This document shows, one piece after another, positions 59,088-64,000 of a stretch of 64,000 bases of DNA (positions within the stretch are counted from its first letter, which is position 1; each line of letters begins with the position of its first letter). Under the pieces are notes generated by a model that did no database searches, was not told where the DNA came from, and worked only from the letters and a program-made list of their open reading frames with translations. The position numbers and the translations under genes are program-made. Source of the DNA: Candidatus Zhuqueibacterota bacterium (GTDB lineage Bacteria; Zhuqueibacterota; Zhuqueibacteria; Zhuqueibacterales; Geothermadaptataceae); NCBI GenBank assembly GCA_015485525.1, contig WFTM01000261.1, forward strand, positions 12,088-76,087. The letters run 5' to 3'.

Positions 59088-60303
59088 TCTGTGTATTTAT
59101 GAGGATGAGAAAGCAGTCAACATGAATCCGCTGACGCTCACCCGGCCGGTCTTTGAACTGCGGTGTGGTATCTTCAGCCTGGTACAAAAGCTGGTGCGCT
59201 ATTTTCCCGGCTACCGGGTCGATTATATCGTGCGAGAGCAGATGGTGGAGTTGTTGCGTGAAAGGAACAGGGAAGCAATTATCAACCGGGTGCCGGAACG
59301 AGAGACGATTTTCATCAACGGCCGTTTTCTTCTGCGGAGAGAAATACCGAAAAAATATGACCGCAGCACGTTGTTTGTCAATAACGGCCATGTCGTCGGC
59401 GCTTACGTGCAGGTGGGAGATTTAAAAAAAGTCCGGCTTGATAAAAAAGGGTTTTTGGATTTTCAGGCATGCGATGCTTTTCCGAAAATAGAGCTTGAGG
59501 GCAGGCTGGTCGAGTATCCCTGGCATCTGATTCACGAAAATTCGGCTGAACTGGTACGCGATTTTCACTATATGGCCCGTGGCGGGCAGATTCTTGGCAA
59601 GGTTTATCCCGGGGTGACATTGGTTGCTCAGGAGCATATCTATCTCGCACCGGGCTCCCAGTTGCAGCCGGGTGTCGTGCTCAATGCCGAAGATGGACCG
59701 ATCTACATTTCCGAAGGGGCGGTTATCATGGCTAATGCCTGCATCAACGGCCCGGCGTTTATCGGGAAGAATACGGTCGTGAAGATGGGCGCAAAGCTGT
59801 ACGAAGGCACAAATGCCGGCGATGTCTGCAAAGTCGGGGGTGAAATTGAAGAAACGATATTGCATGCATACAGCAACAAACAACACGAGGGCTTTCTCGG
59901 ACATGCCTATCTTGGCGAGTGGGTCAACCTCGGGGCAGACACCAATAACAGCGACCTGAAAAACAACTACGGCTTCGTGAAGGTATCGATAAACGGCAAG
60001 TTGATCGACAGCGGCTCGACTTTCGTCGGATTATTCATGGGTGACCATTCTAAAAGTGGCATCAACACGATGTTTATCACAGGCTGTACCGTCGGTGTGA
60101 TGAGCAATGTTTTCGGTAGTGGGTTTACCCCGAAGGAGGTCGGTTCTTTTATTTGGGGAGGCATCGAAGAGACCGCGGTGCACGAGCTCGAACGCGCCCT
60201 GCAGACCGCGAAAAAGGTGATGTCGCGCAGGAAAAAAACGATGAGCAGGGCGCAGGAAAATCTTTTCAGGCAGCTCTACGCGCAAGTACACGACACAAGA
60301 TAA
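59077..60303 (+). CDS. Sugar-nucleotidyltransferase-like / left-handed beta-helix protein (alternative GlmU-like family)
   Basis: AGGAGG RBS 6 nt upstream. The N-terminal domain reads IYEDEKAVNMNPLTLTRPVFELRCGIFSL. The C-terminal half has hexapeptide-repeat character (GAVIMANACINGPAFIGKNTVVKMGAKLYEGTNAGDVCKVGGEI). Confidence 0.65.
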   Translation: MHCDLCIYEDEKAVNMNPLTLTRPVFELRCGIFSLVQKLVRYFPGYRVDYIVREQMVELLRERNREAIINRVPERETIFINGRFLLRREIPKKYDRSTLFVNNGHVVGAYVQVGDLKKVRLDKKGFLDFQACDAFPKIELEGRLVEYPWHLIHENSAELVRDFHYMARGGQILGKVYPGVTLVAQEHIYLAPGSQLQPGVVLNAEDGPIYISEGAVIMANACINGPAFIGKNTVVKMGAKLYEGTNAGDVCKVGGEIEETILHAYSNKQHEGFLGHAYLGEWVNLGADTNNSDLKNNYGFVKVSINGKLIDSGSTFVGLFMGDHSKSGINTMFITGCTVGVMSNVFGSGFTPKEVGSFIWGGIEETAVHELERALQTAKKVMSRRKKTMSRAQENLFRQLYAQVHDTR

Positions 60304-60312
60304 GCAGACGGA

Positions 60313-60981
60313 TTAAACCGGCAGAGAGCTCAAAGCAGCCGCGGTGATTTTTTCATATAAAAGAATACCATGCAGCAGAGACCGGCGAACGTAATCGAGG
60401 AAAAAGCTGCTGTCCGCAAAAACCATGGCGATGATCAGGACCAGGAAAAAGGCATTGAAGAAAATCACCAGCAGATAAGAAAGAGTCATCCCTACTTTCT
60501 GGATGTCAGTCTGGTGGGCCTTGAATTCTTTGATAACGCCGATGAAATGAAAGCCGAGGGTTATGCCAATGGCAAAGTCCAGCGCGGGCTGGTAAGAAAA
60601 TGAAAGGTACGGTTTCGTGAAGATCATCGGCAGGGTAAAGACGGGCAGGAAATAAGGAGCCAGCAGAATCATGACGTTCAGCCTTCTGCTGGCTGCGACT
60701 ACGCCAGAACCATCAGAAGCAGCGCCAAAAAATTTTACTTTATTAAAGAACAGAAGGCTGGTTATGGCGTGAGCCAGTTCATGTTCAAAGGTTTCGAAAA
60801 ACTCCATGTGTTTTTTCAGGAACAGGATATAGCTCAGGCAATATGCCACAAGCCCCGCGAAAAACCAGCTGCGGAGAATCATATCGAGATAAAAGCTCAG
60901 AAAAGCGACGGCTTCCTGCACAAAAGCGAAAATAAGCGGTAGCAGCGACGCGTAGAATATAAATTTTATCATGCCCTTCAT
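60313..60981 (-). CDS. M50-like (HExxH) integral membrane metalloprotease-family protein
   Basis: FEHELAHAI motif within a polytopic membrane protein. Start taken at the ATG at 60981 (alternative 60972). Confidence 0.6.
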   Translation of the reverse strand: MKGMIKFIFYASLLPLIFAFVQEAVAFLSFYLDMILRSWFFAGLVAYCLSYILFLKKHMEFFETFEHELAHAITSLLFFNKVKFFGAASDGSGVVAASRRLNVMILLAPYFLPVFTLPMIFTKPYLSFSYQPALDFAIGITLGFHFIGVIKEFKAHQTDIQKVGMTLSYLLVIFFNAFFLVLIIAMVFADSSFFLDYVRRSLLHGILLYEKITAAALSSLPV

Positions 60982-61062
60982 GTCGTCCTGAGTCCCTCCT
61001 TCGAAAGCACTCCCCTGCAGAACTCCTGTTCCGTTCCTCCGCCTTCGCAAAAATAATCAGGG

Positions 61063-61530
61063 TTAAAACGAGTACCGCACGCTGAAAACGCCTCCACGTT
61101 TGGCGGGGATATAAGCGAAGGCAAGGGAGTTGCTCTTTTGCAGCAGAGCAACAGACCCGGCAAAAAGTGCAAAAAGCTGCCACCCGATCATGTTCTCTCT
61201 GAAAAGTTCCCGCCGGGTTCTGCTCTTTTCATCGATGATCAGATTATACGCCGCAAGAGATTCAAACCCGATCAGTACCGGCCAGGTGGTTCGATATCCA
61301 TCTGTGCCGTGTGTGGCAATAGGGGCAAAGACCGCGAAAGCGACGCCAAAACTTTTTGGAGAAGAAGCTGCCCAGATGGAGCAGAGCGCCGCTCCTGCCT
61401 CGAACCCGATAACTGGCAAAAGATAGGTGCGGAAAGAAGAGTTGGATTTTTCGTTTTCACCGCCCTGCGTTTGCGCTGGAAAAAAGCCCGCGCACAACAA
61501 AGCGATGAGGAGATAAGATGTCTTTTTCAA
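61063..61530 (-). CDS. Small secreted / outer-membrane-like hypothetical protein
   Basis: TTG start with GGAG RBS. Signal peptide MKKTSYLLIALLCAGFFPAQTQG; C-terminus ..FSVRYSF (aromatic terminal residue). Confidence 0.5.
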   Translation of the reverse strand: MKKTSYLLIALLCAGFFPAQTQGGENEKSNSSFRTYLLPVIGFEAGAALCSIWAASSPKSFGVAFAVFAPIATHGTDGYRTTWPVLIGFESLAAYNLIIDEKSRTRRELFRENMIGWQLFALFAGSVALLQKSNSLAFAYIPAKRGGVFSVRYSF

Positions 61531-61567
61531 CAGAGCTCCGGGTTAAAGAGAGAATACAGCTTTCCGG

Positions 61568-62107
61568 TCAGGATGGCGGCTGCTCAGCCGCAGCTTCGAG
61601 TTCAGAGAGGGTGAACACGGGCGTCAGCGAACAGCCGATGCCGGCGAGTTTTTCTCTGCCTCCCTGCTGCCGGTCGATCGCACACAGCACATCGCTGACC
61701 TCCAGCCCGAGCTCGCGCAGAGCAGCGACAGACTCACAGACCTGTCCCGCAGTAGTGATGACATCCTCGATGATGAGGACTTTATCTCCCGGCTCAAAAC
61801 CCCCCTCAGCCAGGTTACAGGTTCCGTAAGTTTTGGCTTCCTTGCGTACAAACAGGCACGGCTTGCCGCATTTCAGAGACAGAGCTGTGGCAAGCGGGAT
61901 GCCGCCAAGCTCAAGCCCGGCCAGTCGATCGACGTACTGAGGTACCATGCCGGCCATCTCTTCGGCGATAGCAGAGAGCAGAACCGGGTCGCTTTCGAAA
62001 CGATATTTATCGAAATAAAAAGAGCTGGTTTTTCCGGATCGCAGCAAAAAGGTGCCGGTGAGATAGGCAGACTTCATGATGCGGCGGGCAAGATCGGTTC
62101 GGGTCAT
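61568..62107 (-). CDS. pyrE: Orotate phosphoribosyltransferase
   Basis: PRPP-binding motif VLIIEDVITTAGQ; 179 aa. Confidence 0.9.
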   Translation of the reverse strand: MTRTDLARRIMKSAYLTGTFLLRSGKTSSFYFDKYRFESDPVLLSAIAEEMAGMVPQYVDRLAGLELGGIPLATALSLKCGKPCLFVRKEAKTYGTCNLAEGGFEPGDKVLIIEDVITTAGQVCESVAALRELGLEVSDVLCAIDRQQGGREKLAGIGCSLTPVFTLSELEAAAEQPPS

Positions 62108-62111
62108 GAGA

Positions 62112-63263
62112 TCAGAGCAACTCCTTGTCTTTCAGGCGATAGTTGAGGATACCCCACCGGATTTCCGAGATGATTACTTTGAGAATGCTGGCTACAGGGA
62201 CAGCGAGCAGCATGCCCCAGATTCCCATCAGCGCCTGGCCGATGAGAATGACGATGATGATGAGCAGAGGATGCAGCTCCACACTTCTGGCGACGACGTA
62301 AGGTGAAATCAGCACATTTTCTGTCAATTGGATGGCGGCAAAAGCTCCTGCAATTGCCATGACCATAGCAAAGCTGCCGGTATCCATAAAGCCCATGATG
62401 ATGGCAGGTATTGCTCCGGCGATGGGACCGAAATAGGGGATCATGTTGGCAATGCCGGCGACAGCACCGATGATTACCGAGTAGCGGACGCCCAGAAGAG
62501 TCAATGCGATGATCGAAAGCGATCCGACAGCCAGGGAAACGATCAGTTGCCCTCGGATATAACGGCTGAGTTGTGTCGTAGTTTTATCGAGAATGATCAG
62601 GGACATTTCAAAATAGCGGTTGGGCATGGATTGGATCAATGCGCGTTTTATTTTCCAGCCGTCTTTGAGAAAGAAAAAAACGGCAAAAGCGATGATGATC
62701 AGATAGGGAACGGAAGAGAGTACCGTGATCACTCCATCAAAAAGAATGCGCAGAAACTCTGTAAGAGAGGATTCAATGTTCGAGGTGATTTTTTCCTGAA
62801 CCGAGGGCAGGTTGAGAAAGGGTATGCTTTTTCCGAGGTTGAACCGGGAAATATCGAATGCCGAAACCGAGGGATCAGCTTCCATGGATTCAAAATAATG
62901 CGCCAGGGAGGTAAACTGTTTGGAGATCAGTGGCCAGGACGTTCTGACAACCACAGAGAGGCCGAGGAAAATCAGCAGGTAAACGAGGATAATGGCGCTG
63001 ATTCGGTTGATATTGCTGCGTTCGACCAGGCTGACGATCGGGTCGAGGACAGCGGTGATCAGGATGGCGGCGACAAGCGTGGTCAGTACACCGCTCAGCT
63101 TTGGCAACAATTGAACGACATAGAACAGGGCAACCAGAGCAACGATCATGCGCAGAAATTTGAAAAAGAAATCGTCGCTGAGCTGGACGAGGTATTTTCC
63201 GGTAGCGGGTAAAGGCTGAGATTCCCCGGCCCGGGCTTTTGTGGCTTGCGTTGTATCCGGCAT
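62112..63263 (-). CDS. AI-2E family (PerM/YhhT-like) transporter
   Basis: Start taken at the ATG at 63263, 1 nt after the upstream stop; the track ORF from 63512 overlaps the upstream gene. About 8 TM segments; C-terminal GMLLAVPVASILKVII. Confidence 0.75.
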   Translation of the reverse strand: MPDTTQATKARAGESQPLPATGKYLVQLSDDFFFKFLRMIVALVALFYVVQLLPKLSGVLTTLVAAILITAVLDPIVSLVERSNINRISAIILVYLLIFLGLSVVVRTSWPLISKQFTSLAHYFESMEADPSVSAFDISRFNLGKSIPFLNLPSVQEKITSNIESSLTEFLRILFDGVITVLSSVPYLIIIAFAVFFFLKDGWKIKRALIQSMPNRYFEMSLIILDKTTTQLSRYIRGQLIVSLAVGSLSIIALTLLGVRYSVIIGAVAGIANMIPYFGPIAGAIPAIIMGFMDTGSFAMVMAIAGAFAAIQLTENVLISPYVVARSVELHPLLIIIVILIGQALMGIWGMLLAVPVASILKVIISEIRWGILNYRLKDKELL

Positions 63264-63264
63264 G

Positions 63265-63822
63265 TCAGACAATGATTTCCGTGGAGTCGAGTTTGGATTT
63301 ATAGGCGTAGAGTTCCCGGTTTTTTTCCCGCAGGCGCTCTCCGATGACGGTTGCCAGTTGAAAGAGAAATTTATTACCAAGGCGCGGTTTGCGTTCCAGC
63401 AGGCCGAACAAGTCCGGTCTGAAAAGGCCGATGATTTCGGAGTTTTCTTTTGAAATGCACGTTGCCGAACGGGGGGAGTCATCGAGCAGGGCGAGCTCGC
63501 CGAAAAACTCACCGCTTTTTAAAACAGCGATTTCCTTTTTGCCATGGTCCGGAGTGATGTTGTAAATACCGACGCTGCCACTCTTGACGATATACATTCC
63601 CACTCCGGGCTCTCCTTCCCAGAATACGGCCTCGTTCGCTTTGAATGTTCTGCGGTGGATGATTTTTTCAAACTCCTGTAACTCCGCCTTATTCATCGAC
63701 GCGAACAGAACACTTTTACTCAATGTATAGGTGATATCATCGAGCGATCGTGATTTGCGGGAAAAAATGTTTCCCCAGAAACTGTCAGTACTGAAAGGAA
63801 ACTGTCCGTTATCAGCTGGCAT
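63265..63822 (-). CDS. Cyclic-nucleotide-binding domain protein
   Basis: cNMP-binding beta-barrel: VFWEGEPGVGMYIVKSGSV...GEFFGELALLDDSPRSATC. Confidence 0.8.
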   Translation of the reverse strand: MPADNGQFPFSTDSFWGNIFSRKSRSLDDITYTLSKSVLFASMNKAELQEFEKIIHRRTFKANEAVFWEGEPGVGMYIVKSGSVGIYNITPDHGKKEIAVLKSGEFFGELALLDDSPRSATCISKENSEIIGLFRPDLFGLLERKPRLGNKFLFQLATVIGERLREKNRELYAYKSKLDSTEIIV

Positions 63823-63910
63823 GGTTGGGCCTGGTTTTGCTCAGGGTGACAGGATTGTGAAAGGCACGAAGTGTACTAAACACAACATGTTCCATAGAGA
63901 TGTGAGTTCG

Positions 63911-63939
63911 AATATAGCAAACAATGTCCCGGCTGTCAA
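63911..63939 (-). promoter_or_regulatory. Near-consensus sigma70 promoter (TTGACA-17-TATATT) for the cNMP-binding/AI-2E/pyrE unit
   Basis: The minus strand reads TTGACA (63939..63934), a 17-nt spacer, then TATATT (63916..63911), about 90 nt upstream of the ATG at 63822. Confidence 0.55.
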
Positions 63940-64000
63940 GATAATTCACTGCGACAAGTTAACGACAGCTGCCCCGGGGGATCGGGATACCTCCGGCAAA

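Noticed and set aside
62328-63212. 294-aa plus-strand ORF antisense to the AI-2E transporter
   Set aside because: The minus-strand product is a coherent polytopic membrane protein. The antisense product is D/G/R-rich, hydrophilic and low-complexity.

Overview
This is a core chromosomal window centred on the replication origin of a diderm bacterium. The phylum cannot be determined. Promoters look sigma70-like (TTGACA/TATAAT) and GGAGG ribosome-binding sites are strong. All 36 genes left of about 40.6 kb are on the minus strand: rpmH-rnpA-yidC-mnmE-mnmG-rsmG, murQ, mfd, two parvulin PPIases, an M14 peptidase, a DUF4159/DUF4175/TPR envelope module, pdxA, ftsEX, hrcA-grpE-dnaJ, comEA, a PilM/PilN-O-like pair, rsmD-coaD-pta-aspC, and surface proteins at the left edge. 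To the right run dnaA-dnaN-recF-DUF721-gyrB-gyrA on the plus strand, then a patatin-Omp85 (type Vd-like) protein, a bioY-led amino-sugar/peptidoglycan-recycling operon (anmK, BadF-type kinase), pyrE, an AI-2E permease and a cNMP-binding protein. DnaA-box clusters flank dnaA, suggesting a bipartite oriC. Two perfect parS palindromes flank mnmG. Two real genes are absent from the supplied ORF track: rpmH (48 aa) and an edge-truncated ORF at 1..971. I saw no CRISPR array, transposase, integrase, tRNA or rRNA, and no convincing defence or mobile system. The most interesting items are uncharacterised conserved modules and origin-region architecture, all with moderate interest scores. Function calls rest on motif recognition by eye; no database search was run.
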